NCBI GenBank assembly: GCA_049303835.1
Contig: JBAQNN010000004.1
Coordinates: 2,784 to 66,783 of the forward strand
DNA: 64,000 bases
Reading direction: 5' to 3'
Origin: Minisyncoccia bacterium
GTDB lineage: Bacteria; Patescibacteriota; Minisyncoccia; Phycocordibacterales; UBA9973
The position numbers and the translations under genes were made by a program. The notes under the pieces are model-generated. The model worked only from the letters and a program-made list of their open reading frames with translations, made no database searches and was not told the DNA's origin. Of the stretch, positions 17,540 through 27,235 are shown piece after piece (positions within the stretch are counted from its first letter, which is position 1; each line of letters opens with the position of its first letter).

Positions 17540-19519
17540 ATGAGAAAAGTTTTTATTTTAGTATTAATATTATTGGTTGGAATGGGGAGAATAACTAAGG
17601 CAGAAGAACCCTCCCCTACACCCCCGCCGGTGGAACCGACAACTATAAGTTTAAAAATCAGAAGCGGAGAAACTATTTTTTTTGATAATTTGGTAGAACT
17701 TTTACCTACCGGCCCTACCGAGATAAATGGACATATTTTGGATGCAAAAAGTGTGCTTGCAACTTTAAATAGGGCTGATTTGAGCGACGTTAATTGGGAC
17801 ATATCTGATTTGCAATATTTTGAATCTTTTGGAAGTTTCCTTTTGAATTGCATAACCAGTTCTGTGGGTACAGATAGCCCCAAGAATGATTGTTACGACT
17901 GGCAATATGCGGTAAATGGCATGACACCCGGTGAAGGTATGGATAAAAAGATTTTAGTTGGTGGAGAAAATGTATATGTTTATTTTAGTCCGCAAAACAA
18001 AATTACTCTGAGCGCAAACACGATAAATACGAATGATTCCCTTCTGGCGACGGCGGAAAAATATAATTTTGAAGATAATACTTGGTTGCCAGCGATCAAT
18101 ATAACGCTTGGCGTCACCCAGCCTGACCCGGTAAGTTCATTCAACCCGCCGATAGAGATAATGACGAGCCCGACTGATACTATTGGACAAGTTGCTTTTA
18201 CTTCCATATCCGCCGGATTATATGACGTGGGAATAAGAGATAATTTTGGATATTACTTTCCGACCAAACCCCTTACAGTAACAACACCCCCACCTCCTGA
18301 TGAAGGAGGCGGAAGTAGTGGAGGAAGCTCCACTCCAGAACCAAAATTTAGCGCGGAAGATGCCTTGTCTTATTTAAAAAACGTACAAGACACAAATGGA
18401 TCTTTTGGTGATTCAAATTTATACACCGACTGGGCAGCCATCGCCTATGGTGCAGGAGGAGTATCTGGCAGCCCCCGCAGTTTACTTTTGGAATATTTCA
18501 ATTCTGACAATGAAATAAGTTCACTTATCACGGACAACGAAAGACGTGCACTGGCCCTGCTTGCTCTCGGAGAAAATCCTTATTCGTTTAATGATGTAAA
18601 CTATATTGAAGCTATCGTTGAGGAATTTGATGAAACACAATTCGGTGATGATAGTCTGGTCAATGATGATATCTTTGCTTTAATTCCCCTGAGCAAGGCC
18701 GGCTATGACGAAGATGATAGTATCATAACCAAAACTATTGATTTTATAATCTCTAAACAAGAGGGAGACGGTTCGTGGGAAGGGAGTGTAGACATCACCG
18801 CAGCGGCCATCCAAGCACTTCTGCCTTTCCAATCAATTGCCGGCGTCTCAGGGGCTCTCACGAACGCAGAAACGTATTTGATAAACACACAGGAAGAGGA
18901 CGGCGGTTGGGGAAATGTTTCCTCTACGAGCTGGGCGATGCAAGCAGAAAATATCCTCAACGCTTCTTGGACAAAAAATGGCAAGAGTGGACTTGATTAC
19001 CTGGCCGAAATACAGACAAGTGCAAACAACAACGGCGCGATGCTACCTTCTTCCGAAAGCTCTCAAAATATAATTTGGACAACAAGTTACGCAATACCTG
19101 CCGGACTGGGCAAGCCATGGAGTGATATTATGGAGCGAGTTTCAAGACCCAAGAAAGAAGACACAGAAGACAATTCTTCTCGCTCATCTAGAAATGACGA
19201 AGATTCCGAAGAAGAAAAAACGGAAGAAATTGTTTTACCTAGCGAGGAAACGAATCTTGTCGCGCCCATAGCCCCCATTTCACCAGAAAAAATTACTAAT
19301 ATCCAGGAAATCGAAAAGTTGCCAGACGATCCCAAAAAAGAAATTCCACCAGGAGAAGAAAAAAGCGATGAACCGACGACCGACATTTTCACCGCCACAG
19401 CAATCAACGCCGTACCACCACAAACTTCTGCCCCTATTCAAGACATTCCAATTATTATAGGGACAGTGTCGGGAACCATTCTCCTCTTTGCGCTACTCAA
19501 ACTTTTAGCTATCTTTTAA
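17540..19519 (+). CDS. Surface protein with DUF4430 domain plus alpha/alpha-toroid (prenyltransferase/transcobalamin alpha-domain-like) repeats and C-terminal TM anchor
   Basis: CYDWQYAVNGMTPGEG (DUF4430 signature). DGSWEG and EDGGWGN toroid-repeat motifs. Acidic linker. C-terminal hydrophobic anchor. Confidence 0.6.
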   Translation: MRKVFILVLILLVGMGRITKAEEPSPTPPPVEPTTISLKIRSGETIFFDNLVELLPTGPTEINGHILDAKSVLATLNRADLSDVNWDISDLQYFESFGSFLLNCITSSVGTDSPKNDCYDWQYAVNGMTPGEGMDKKILVGGENVYVYFSPQNKITLSANTINTNDSLLATAEKYNFEDNTWLPAINITLGVTQPDPVSSFNPPIEIMTSPTDTIGQVAFTSISAGLYDVGIRDNFGYYFPTKPLTVTTPPPPDEGGGSSGGSSTPEPKFSAEDALSYLKNVQDTNGSFGDSNLYTDWAAIAYGAGGVSGSPRSLLLEYFNSDNEISSLITDNERRALALLALGENPYSFNDVNYIEAIVEEFDETQFGDDSLVNDDIFALIPLSKAGYDEDDSIITKTIDFIISKQEGDGSWEGSVDITAAAIQALLPFQSIAGVSGALTNAETYLINTQEEDGGWGNVSSTSWAMQAENILNASWTKNGKSGLDYLAEIQTSANNNGAMLPSSESSQNIIWTTSYAIPAGLGKPWSDIMERVSRPKKEDTEDNSSRSSRNDEDSEEEKTEEIVLPSEETNLVAPIAPISPEKITNIQEIEKLPDDPKKEIPPGEEKSDEPTTDIFTATAINAVPPQTSAPIQDIPIIIGTVSGTILLFALLKLLAIF

Positions 19520-20117
19520 ATTCCGTAATTTTTCCGGCTCTAATCTCAATCTTATCTGCCTTACGAAGTTTCCCCGAAGTTCCCTTGGGTAGGATGTCGT
19601 AGTGTTTTATCTTATCCAACTCTTCATCTATACCCCACAGATCACCCCCTTCCCTCTCCCAACCTTTTTCAAAAATATTTAAATTAAGTGGTGTTGAGTA
19701 TTGTCTTAAAGTTTTTACACCATCATCTAAAAAATATTCATGGAAATAAGACAAGGCCAACTCGCGAATGTTTTTATAAATTGGTTCTCTATACCTTAAA
19801 ACGGCATGGTTTGTCTTTGACAATGCACCCCAGAATCCGCCTACCTTAAATAAAGCAATTACATGGTCATAATCCTCCCTGACAGCTTTTAAATGTAAAA
19901 TATAAGGCTTAAAGCCGTGTAGGGATAAAATATAAGCTCCGAGCAAGGCGCCCTCAAAACAGTGGCTACTCCCTTCGCGTAAAGAAAAAAGCGGAGACTT
20001 TAGCGTCTCCCCTTTTAACTCAAAATTAAATTTTAGTCCGTTTAAAAAATCCTGCATTAAAGCTGGAGTAACCAACTTTTTTAAAAGTCTCTTTTCTTTA
20101 GGACTAAAATCAAACAT
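19509..20117 (-). CDS. Hypothetical protein (possible transglutaminase-like Cys/His/Asp core)
   Basis: SHCFEGALL...DYDHV arrangement; weak. Confidence 0.3.
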   Translation of the reverse strand: MFDFSPKEKRLLKKLVTPALMQDFLNGLKFNFELKGETLKSPLFSLREGSSHCFEGALLGAYILSLHGFKPYILHLKAVREDYDHVIALFKVGGFWGALSKTNHAVLRYREPIYKNIRELALSYFHEYFLDDGVKTLRQYSTPLNLNIFEKGWEREGGDLWGIDEELDKIKHYDILPKGTSGKLRKADKIEIRAGKITEFKR

Positions 20118-20235
20118 TATTTCTTCTTTGCCTTTTTTGGCTTTTTTACATCCTTGCGGTATGCGTTATTTCCTTTTCCCATATTTTTTCCCCACCACGG
20201 GGGGCAAGTTATTTAATTAATAATAAGCACTTTTA

Positions 20236-20790
20236 TTATATCTCTTTTCTATAGAAATGGGCAACCGAAAGAATGGTAAGAAGAGAGAGGAAAGCCGTCA
20301 GGGCTAGCATCGGAATTGAGATATACCCACCAAAGACGGACACCAAGCGCTGATAACAAGATACACCGGATGCGTCACAAGGTAAATTTGAGTTTTGTCC
20401 AAAATAATAGAAAAAATTCTGATAAGCGGACAACAGAAAGCCAACACAAAGCAGTGGCATCGCATAACGAATTACTTTCCTATCTTTATCCCACAGAGCG
20501 ACACCAAACATGAGCACTAAAGGAAACATGAAGATTCTCTGCCACCAACATAAATAGCATGGGAGGAAGTTAGCAATCTCAGAATAAACCAGAGGGAAAA
20601 TTGAGGCGAACAAAGAAATAAAAAAACTCAGCACTAAAAAATGTTTGTCTATAAAATCCAAATAAAAATTTTTCTTATTTTCTTTAAATGGAAAAAACAA
20701 CAGAAAAAGCGCAACTACAGAAAAAACCTGGAGGATGATGGCTCCCGAACCAAGAAATAAATTCAAATAATATAGAGTATCAAAATTCAT
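20236..20790 (-). CDS. Disulfide bond formation protein B-like (DsbB/BdbC)
   Basis: 4 TM; CYLCWWQR and a second Cys pair (CDASGVSC). Confidence 0.6.
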   Translation of the reverse strand: MNFDTLYYLNLFLGSGAIILQVFSVVALFLLFFPFKENKKNFYLDFIDKHFLVLSFFISLFASIFPLVYSEIANFLPCYLCWWQRIFMFPLVLMFGVALWDKDRKVIRYAMPLLCVGFLLSAYQNFFYYFGQNSNLPCDASGVSCYQRLVSVFGGYISIPMLALTAFLSLLTILSVAHFYRKEI

Positions 20791-20798
20791 ATCTAAAC

Positions 20799-21191
20799 CT
20801 ACTGGGGTAACTGACAAGAAGTCTTTTGAGCCAATTGTTCCAGAGTGAGTTCTCCCATTAGTCTTGAGCCATCAGCAAATTCCCACGTAGGATAACTGGT
20901 TATATTTTTATCAGCACAGGCTTGAACTTGAGAATTACCATCAGCAGTAGAACACTCTACATAAGGTAGTAATTTTTGAGAAGAGCCGAATAGCTTTTTG
21001 GTAGCCTGGCAATGAGAACACCAGAAGGCGCCATAAAACACCGCCCCCTTATCTTTTAGGCAAGTAGCGAAAGTATCATATTTTCCGGGTTCAGATGACG
21101 TAATACTATCTGTTCGTAATAATACAGTAGCAATTGTGCCTAAAATCAAAAGAATTATAATTGAAACGAAAATTTTTATATTTTTATCCAT
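20799..21191 (-). CDS. Membrane-anchored thioredoxin-fold thiol:disulfide oxidoreductase (DsbA/BdbD-like)
   Basis: WCSHCQ active site; TM anchor. Confidence 0.6.
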   Translation of the reverse strand: MDKNIKIFVSIIILLILGTIATVLLRTDSITSSEPGKYDTFATCLKDKGAVFYGAFWCSHCQATKKLFGSSQKLLPYVECSTADGNSQVQACADKNITSYPTWEFADGSRLMGELTLEQLAQKTSCQLPQ

Positions 21192-21207
21192 GGCCTATTT
21201 TAACAAG

Positions 21208-21588
21208 TTAGAAAATCTTTGGCAAGAAAACGATTAGCCCCGCTATCACTGCTACAAACACAGACAGCAATACAGCAGCAGCAGCCACGTCCTTGGTGTC
21301 TTTAGCATAAGGATGGTATTCAGGCGAAGTCAGGTCTATATCTATTTCAATAGCTGTATTAAAAACCTCTGAAATTATCACCAAACCAATAGCAAACACC
21401 AGAACAACCCATTCAAGATCAGAAACATTAAAATAAAATCCGGCAATTATTACCGCTACCGCTGAAATCACGTGCACAGAAATAAGCCTGGTAGTTTTCC
21501 ATACAATATACATCCCCCTAAAGGCATTCAAAAACTTTTGACTGTATTTTACCTTTTTCCAAGCTTTTTTTTCTTGTTCTAAGTCCAT
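21208..21588 (-). CDS. dgkA: Diacylglycerol/undecaprenol kinase (DgkA family)
   Basis: 3 TM; EVFNTAIE motif. Confidence 0.7.
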   Translation of the reverse strand: MDLEQEKKAWKKVKYSQKFLNAFRGMYIVWKTTRLISVHVISAVAVIIAGFYFNVSDLEWVVLVFAIGLVIISEVFNTAIEIDIDLTSPEYHPYAKDTKDVAAAAVLLSVFVAVIAGLIVFLPKIF

Positions 21589-21591
21589 ATA

Positions 21592-22035
21592 TTATTCAAC
21601 CATCAAAATACCAGTCATGCCCATAGTCCTGTGGGTGCCGACGCTACAGTAATATTCAAATTTCCCGACTTTGTCGGCCGTAAACTCCAATATCTCTTGA
21701 GAAGGAGCCTCCGTCTTTCTAGTAGCAAGCCCGTATCCCTCTAAATTGAAATCATGAAATCCTGCGGTATTATAAAATGTTATTTTTACTTTATCCCCCC
21801 TCTTTACTTTTATCAATGATGGAGTAAAAGAAAAATTTTGACCGGAAATAGTAAATTCTTTCACAGAAGTATCTGTGTTACCACTAACGACAGGCTCATT
21901 GTTTTCTACGTTCGTTTCATTAATACTACCGTCAACGACAGTAGGAGCCTCCACCTCTCTACTCTTAGTTATAAAGAACCAAAACACCAATATCATAATA
22001 ATTAAAACAATTATTGCTATATATGTTTTTTTCAT
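21592..22035 (-). CDS. Cupredoxin-like (type-1 blue copper) membrane-anchored protein
   Basis: H...YYCSVGTHRTMGM (C-x2-H-x4-M ligand pattern) plus an upstream His. Confidence 0.55.
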   Translation of the reverse strand: MKKTYIAIIVLIIMILVFWFFITKSREVEAPTVVDGSINETNVENNEPVVSGNTDTSVKEFTISGQNFSFTPSLIKVKRGDKVKITFYNTAGFHDFNLEGYGLATRKTEAPSQEILEFTADKVGKFEYYCSVGTHRTMGMTGILMVE

Positions 22036-22093
22036 GAATTTAAAATTAAAACTGCTAATTTTCAATTTTTGATGTCACGTTAAGCAACTTTTT

Positions 22094-22327
22094 TTAAAAA
22101 CCTGTTTCCCAGGAACCATGTCGGGACTCCTCTCTGTCAAGTAATTCCAGCTCACTCATTAACGGTGTAAGACTTTTTCCTTCTCTTCTTCTCTTCATAA
22201 TTTCTTGCCTCAAAACATCCCGCTCTTCTTCAGAGACATCTTTTAATTCACGGGCGTCCACCTTTTCATTAGAAACAAAATCTAAATCCATTTGTTTGGG
22301 TTTAGGTTGTTCTTCCATGCCTTTCAT
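22094..22327 (-). CDS. Hypothetical charged small protein
   Basis: ORF only. Confidence 0.3.
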   Translation of the reverse strand: MKGMEEQPKPKQMDLDFVSNEKVDARELKDVSEEERDVLRQEIMKRRREGKSLTPLMSELELLDREESRHGSWETGF

Positions 22328-22347
22328 ATACTCGTATTATATCACAC

Positions 22348-23475
22348 CTACTGATACTGTATATAGACAGGTCTAGGATTTAATTTTAAAAGACTTTGTG
22401 GGGTCATCAGTACTGTACCTGGATCAAAGACATCATTCTTATAAAATAATTTAAAACCGGTAAACTGTACAGGTTCTTTATAAACAAACTGCTGATAAGT
22501 ATTTATCTTTTTGGCTTCCCCTCCCCATCCATCCATGTGCATCACTATTTGCACTTCCGGTAATGTTTTGATCAATTTATAATTAGTGACCATTTTCTGT
22601 GTGTAGCGATGAATTACCAAAACTTTCGGAGTAAGTTTGTTTTCTTTCACAATATTCGCTAAATAATTTGAAGCAAAATTTATATCCGCAGCATCTAGAG
22701 TGCCTACTACTTTCCCGGGACGAATACTCCCCTTCATTGAAAATTCGGGGTCAATTCCCAAATGCACGTTTGGTAATTTTAAATATTTTTCAAGCAGTGG
22801 AACCTCTGTCTCCACTGTGGAAAAACCGAGCTGAATATCTAAAAATACAATCGCATTTATCTTCTCTGCGATAGCGAGAACTTTATCTATTTCAGTATGT
22901 GGCATACGGGCTCTATATTTACCATCAGCTCCAGCGCTCCCTTGGGCTACCACCGCGATATAGTGTAGGGCCGGTATAACAGGAGTAGATGGATCAGCAA
23001 CATTCCATTTCTTTACTTCCGCATCCAATCTCGCCAACATTTCGTCTTCTTTGTATTCACCAAGCACACCCATTTTTGTAGAATATAAATTCCCATAATA
23101 AGCAATAATACGATTAAAAGGCAAAATAGCTCCGGCATTTGGATAAACCGTTTTGACTGGCCAGATATTGGGTGGGGTCGGTTTCGGGGGAATGATTACA
23201 GTCGTTTCTGCTCCGGTTTTTGGATCTTTCACAATTTTAGTAGTCGGTTCTTTCGGGATAGGATTATTTGCTATCTCATTTAATTTTTTATCGTATGCTA
23301 CTTTATCAAACGGTGGAATAACCGGTACTATTGGTTTTTTTTCTGCTTGGATAGCATCTACAATTTGATTACTTTTACTATAACGCACCACCCTACTTAA
23401 AAATGGAGAAAAGTTAAAAAATAAAACAACCAGCGATGTCGTCACTATTAGAAAAATCCATTTTTTTTTGTTCAT
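22348..23475 (-). CDS. Secreted hypothetical (possible TIM-barrel glycoside-hydrolase-like)
   Basis: Signal anchor; Pro-rich linker; no firm motif. Confidence 0.35.
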   Translation of the reverse strand: MNKKKWIFLIVTTSLVVLFFNFSPFLSRVVRYSKSNQIVDAIQAEKKPIVPVIPPFDKVAYDKKLNEIANNPIPKEPTTKIVKDPKTGAETTVIIPPKPTPPNIWPVKTVYPNAGAILPFNRIIAYYGNLYSTKMGVLGEYKEDEMLARLDAEVKKWNVADPSTPVIPALHYIAVVAQGSAGADGKYRARMPHTEIDKVLAIAEKINAIVFLDIQLGFSTVETEVPLLEKYLKLPNVHLGIDPEFSMKGSIRPGKVVGTLDAADINFASNYLANIVKENKLTPKVLVIHRYTQKMVTNYKLIKTLPEVQIVMHMDGWGGEAKKINTYQQFVYKEPVQFTGFKLFYKNDVFDPGTVLMTPQSLLKLNPRPVYIQYQ

Positions 23476-23517
23476 GCAAAAATAAGTATAGAGGAAAAGG
23501 CTCTTTATTGCAACGAA

Positions 23518-24555
23518 TTACTTTATATTCAAAACTTCATTTAGGGTACTTCCTTTTTTGTAGATTATAAAATTATGATTGGGAGAATTTACCCAAGTTT
23601 TTTGTATCGCTTCAAGGATTCTCCAACTTTGGAGCACTTCATCACTTGAAATAAACAAATCGTGTTCCCCTCTTATGGTAGCTTTGACGACACGTTCATA
23701 GGCCTTCGGCTCGTGTTCTATGTTAAAAATCTTTTCACTATTATCTTTGTATCTAATTTTTATTTGTGTCAACTTCTCACTAAAAGCTTTCCCCGTAGTG
23801 AGATTTATAGACACTCCACGCCAAGCTGGGTCTTTTGAAGCCAAGTTAATTGAAACAAATGTTTCGGTCATACTGTCTTTATTTCCAACTTCATCCCGAT
23901 ATCCTTCATATTGACCTCGTTTTACGCACTCATGTTTGCTTATATCACAGATAATCTCTAAATTTCCCAGTGCTTCTTCTCTGCGAATAATATCAAAACT
24001 TCCAGCCAGCACCACGGAGATCATCTCAATGAGGTGGCTCTGCACAAAATCTTTCAACGCCCCAGTCTGCTCATAAAAATTTACTCTACCTTCTATGTCT
24101 ATTTTCTCAACTGCAGTAATTTCAATGCCGGAGATATCGTTTCTATCCCATTTTTCGGTGACCACTTTTTGTAAAGACTCCTTTGCCAGATAATGATCTA
24201 CTCTATAGATCTGTTCTTCGGGAAAATATTGATCAATATGTCGTATTAAACTCTGAGCAGACCCTAAATCATTGCCAAAAGGCTTTTCCAACATTATTTT
24301 TATATTATCTTGGCCAAAATTGTCACTGATTATTTTGACGGCATCCGATACAGCCTCGGGTGGAATCGCCAGATGAAATATTTTTTCCTCATTCTCTTTG
24401 ATTAAATTTTTTAAATTACCATAATCTTTGCGAGAAATTGGCACCAGAGTATCCACCTCCCCCACCTCCTTTAGACTCTTGACAGCCGGCATCAAATACC
24501 GCTTTGCCAAGTCTCCCGAGGCTCCAAAAATTATGTAATTTATTTTCTTATTCAT
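23518..24555 (-). CDS. zwf: Glucose-6-phosphate dehydrogenase (short form)
   Basis: GASGDLAKR, EKPFG, RVDHYLAKE motifs. Confidence 0.85.
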   Translation of the reverse strand: MNKKINYIIFGASGDLAKRYLMPAVKSLKEVGEVDTLVPISRKDYGNLKNLIKENEEKIFHLAIPPEAVSDAVKIISDNFGQDNIKIMLEKPFGNDLGSAQSLIRHIDQYFPEEQIYRVDHYLAKESLQKVVTEKWDRNDISGIEITAVEKIDIEGRVNFYEQTGALKDFVQSHLIEMISVVLAGSFDIIRREEALGNLEIICDISKHECVKRGQYEGYRDEVGNKDSMTETFVSINLASKDPAWRGVSINLTTGKAFSEKLTQIKIRYKDNSEKIFNIEHEPKAYERVVKATIRGEHDLFISSDEVLQSWRILEAIQKTWVNSPNHNFIIYKKGSTLNEVLNIK

Positions 24556-24560
24556 AATTT

Positions 24561-25463
24561 CTACTGATTTATTTTATGTCCACCAAAAGCGTTGCGCATT
24601 GCCGCCAACAATTTCGTAGCAAAGTTTACTTTTCCCTTTTGTGATTCCAGTCTGACATTAAAGGCAGCCAAAATAGCTGGTGTATCTATGCTTAAACTTT
24701 TTGCCACTTCTAGCGCCCACCTTGCTTCACCCGATTCAGCGACAATTCCTTCTATACCATCCAATTCCGGATTTTTCTTCAAAGCGTCAGCAGAAAGTTC
24801 ATTCAACCACGAGGTAATCACACTATGATGTTGCCAGACTTCCCCGGCAGAAGCCAAGTCAAGATTTTCATAAGGCCCTTCTTTGAGTAATCTATACCCC
24901 TCGGCAAGACTTTCCATCATCCCATACTCAACGGCGTTGTGAGTCATTTTTACGAAATGTCCGGCTCCCGAATTTCCGAAATAATGATACGCGCCGGTTG
25001 GTTTCGCCAGAGTCATTAACACTGGTTCAATTATTTTAAAACTTTCTTGGTCTCCGCCCGCCATCATGCAAAAGCCGTTTTGATATCCCCAGATGCCTCC
25101 ACTCGTCCCCACGTCCATCATAGTTGATCCATTTTGAGTCACCAGCTCCGCTCTCTTTTTTGTAAGACGAAAATCCGAATTGCCTCCATCTATCAAGATG
25201 CTTCCTTTCGGTACGAGTTTGAGCCAAGCCTCCAATTCTTGGTCCACAGTATCAGAAGGTATCATGAGCCAGATGATTACAGGTTCATCGCCGAAATTCT
25301 TAATGACTTCTTCTTTGGTATAAGCAGGCATCATACCAAGTGTCTTCATCTCATCCACAGAACTACTGCTTCTGTTGTGCGCGATAACTTCATACCCATT
25401 TTCGTGTAGTTTCTTTGCAATTTGCGCCCCCATTCTTCCTAACCCTGCGATAGCTATTTTCAT
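24561..25463 (-). CDS. gnd: 6-phosphogluconate dehydrogenase (decarboxylating, short YqeC-like form)
   Basis: N-terminal Rossmann GLGRMG motif; 6PGD-like core. Confidence 0.85.
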   Translation of the reverse strand: MKIAIAGLGRMGAQIAKKLHENGYEVIAHNRSSSSVDEMKTLGMMPAYTKEEVIKNFGDEPVIIWLMIPSDTVDQELEAWLKLVPKGSILIDGGNSDFRLTKKRAELVTQNGSTMMDVGTSGGIWGYQNGFCMMAGGDQESFKIIEPVLMTLAKPTGAYHYFGNSGAGHFVKMTHNAVEYGMMESLAEGYRLLKEGPYENLDLASAGEVWQHHSVITSWLNELSADALKKNPELDGIEGIVAESGEARWALEVAKSLSIDTPAILAAFNVRLESQKGKVNFATKLLAAMRNAFGGHKINQ

Positions 25464-26131
25464 ATTTTTTGATAATCAGTAAAAATTGTTAATAATGGAA
25501 CTTTTTTCAAAATCTGTGCTGGTTGTTTAAAAATTTTAATATCTTTTTGTAAGTCCTCAATTATTTTCCACTTATCTTTACCCTGCGCCCAGACTATAGC
25601 TTCATCCAGTTTTTCTATAGCTTTTGGAGTCATCGTAATACGGGAAAATGTCGGCGTGTCATAGCTATGAGCCAAATTCTCCGATAAGACAGCTTCGCTT
25701 TCCGGCAAAATTCCCGCCGTATGCCCATCTACCCCGATACCAAAAAGGCCTATCTTGTAGTCTGCTTTTTCAAATTCTTGCTTGAGAATCATATCAAACT
25801 TTTCCGTAGTAATATTACGGTCATCATCAACTAAAATCGGAATTACTTTCGCTCGCGGTAAATTGAAACCTTTTTCCACTAATTGAAAATAATTTGAATT
25901 AAAATGATCTACCGGCCCATATCTCTCGTCCGTTAGAGTAATGGTTAAATTTCTAACCAAATCTTCGTCTTCTCTTAGAATCTCTGCTATTTTTATTCCC
26001 ACAGAGACAGACGACCCGCCAGTCAAAAAAAGCAGAACATGCTTTCCTGTTTTAAGTTGGCTTAAAACAGAAAGAACTATAAAATTTGCCGTTTCTTCTT
26101 TGCTGGTTGTCGTTTTGATAGCAAGACTCAT
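25460..26131 (-). CDS. pgl: 6-phosphogluconolactonase
   Basis: LTGGSS, DERYGP, GIGVDGHTAGI motifs; overlaps gnd by 4 nt. Confidence 0.8.
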   Translation of the reverse strand: MSLAIKTTTSKEETANFIVLSVLSQLKTGKHVLLFLTGGSSVSVGIKIAEILREDEDLVRNLTITLTDERYGPVDHFNSNYFQLVEKGFNLPRAKVIPILVDDDRNITTEKFDMILKQEFEKADYKIGLFGIGVDGHTAGILPESEAVLSENLAHSYDTPTFSRITMTPKAIEKLDEAIVWAQGKDKWKIIEDLQKDIKIFKQPAQILKKVPLLTIFTDYQKI

Positions 26132-26170
26132 AAACGCATTATAGCAGATTATGAGTATGTTCCAAAAAAT

Positions 26171-27226
26171 TTAGTCTCTCTCCTCTTCCCGGTCCTTACT
26201 TCCTTTTTCGTTTTCATCTTCTTTAAATTTCAATCCCGTTTTTAGAAAAATACCTGCTTCCTTTGCTGAACTTTCAGAATCCAGAAGCTTAAAATAAGCT
26301 TTTTTTGAATCCCCTCTTTCATTCTCTTCTTCCGCTTCCTTTAGGAACTGATCCGCCTCTTTTAGGGTTTTGTGAGTATCGTCTATTATCCTTCGCCTGG
26401 TTGGATATAAATCGGAGGAGGTGTGTCTTTCAAGTTCTCTGGTGGTTGAATCTATTATTTCTTTCACGTGTTTTTTCCTTTCTTCATTTTTCCCCTCATC
26501 ACCACCCTTTTCATCGTCTTTATCTTCATTCAATGTATCCCTGATTTTACTTGCATTTGTACGTGCGGTTTCTGAAATTTTAATATTTTTTTCCTGTTTT
26601 TCAGATTTATCATCTTGTCCACTGATAAAATCCAAAACCCTGGCATGTGCTTTCATTTCGGCTTGAAAATTTGTAACAGTATCATCGTCGTTGTCGTCAG
26701 TAGTTTTGTCTATTCTCTTCTGGGCCAATTTTTCTTGTTTGATATCATCAATGGCCTTACTAAAAGATTCAGTATGATTTTCTAAAAGAAGATTCAATCT
26801 TTCTTCTTTCTTTTTATCAAGCTTACCTTGAATTTTGAGAGTCTCCGCTTCAACTAGTCTTTTGGTAGCAAGATGACTTTCATATTGAGCCTTGGCCTTC
26901 GGAGAAAAGGTGAGGGTAGAATATAGAGGCTCAATGACACTGACTTTGAGTGGATAAAAAATATTCCCCGGCAAACTATTCCCCGAGGCAAAGACAGCTC
27001 CTCCACCCAAAACAACAAACAAACCCAACACAGATCCATAATAGACAAAGCGGTTTTTATGTATTGTGGCCATAAAAGAAAAGACAGCCCATGGGCTTTT
27101 CACGGGATGTGTATAAGAAATTACCGGAGAACTTAATATATTCCTATATATGTGATCTCTTTCAAGATCAGTCATTTTTATTTCCTTAATTTCTTTTATT
27201 CCAATTTTTAATTTATCATCTTCCAT
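26171..27226 (-). CDS. Putative membrane anti-sigma factor-like protein (charged, coiled-coil)
   Basis: Immediately downstream of the ECF sigma gene; single TM; K/E/D-rich. Confidence 0.4.
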   Translation of the reverse strand: MEDDKLKIGIKEIKEIKMTDLERDHIYRNILSSPVISYTHPVKSPWAVFSFMATIHKNRFVYYGSVLGLFVVLGGGAVFASGNSLPGNIFYPLKVSVIEPLYSTLTFSPKAKAQYESHLATKRLVEAETLKIQGKLDKKKEERLNLLLENHTESFSKAIDDIKQEKLAQKRIDKTTDDNDDDTVTNFQAEMKAHARVLDFISGQDDKSEKQEKNIKISETARTNASKIRDTLNEDKDDEKGGDEGKNEERKKHVKEIIDSTTRELERHTSSDLYPTRRRIIDDTHKTLKEADQFLKEAEEENERGDSKKAYFKLLDSESSAKEAGIFLKTGLKFKEDENEKGSKDREEERD

Positions 27227-27235
27227 ATTAATTTT

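Noticed and set aside
26305-26666. + strand ORFs of 79 and 81 aa
   Set aside because: Antisense within the anti-sigma-like gene; low-complexity Ser/Phe/Leu-rich.
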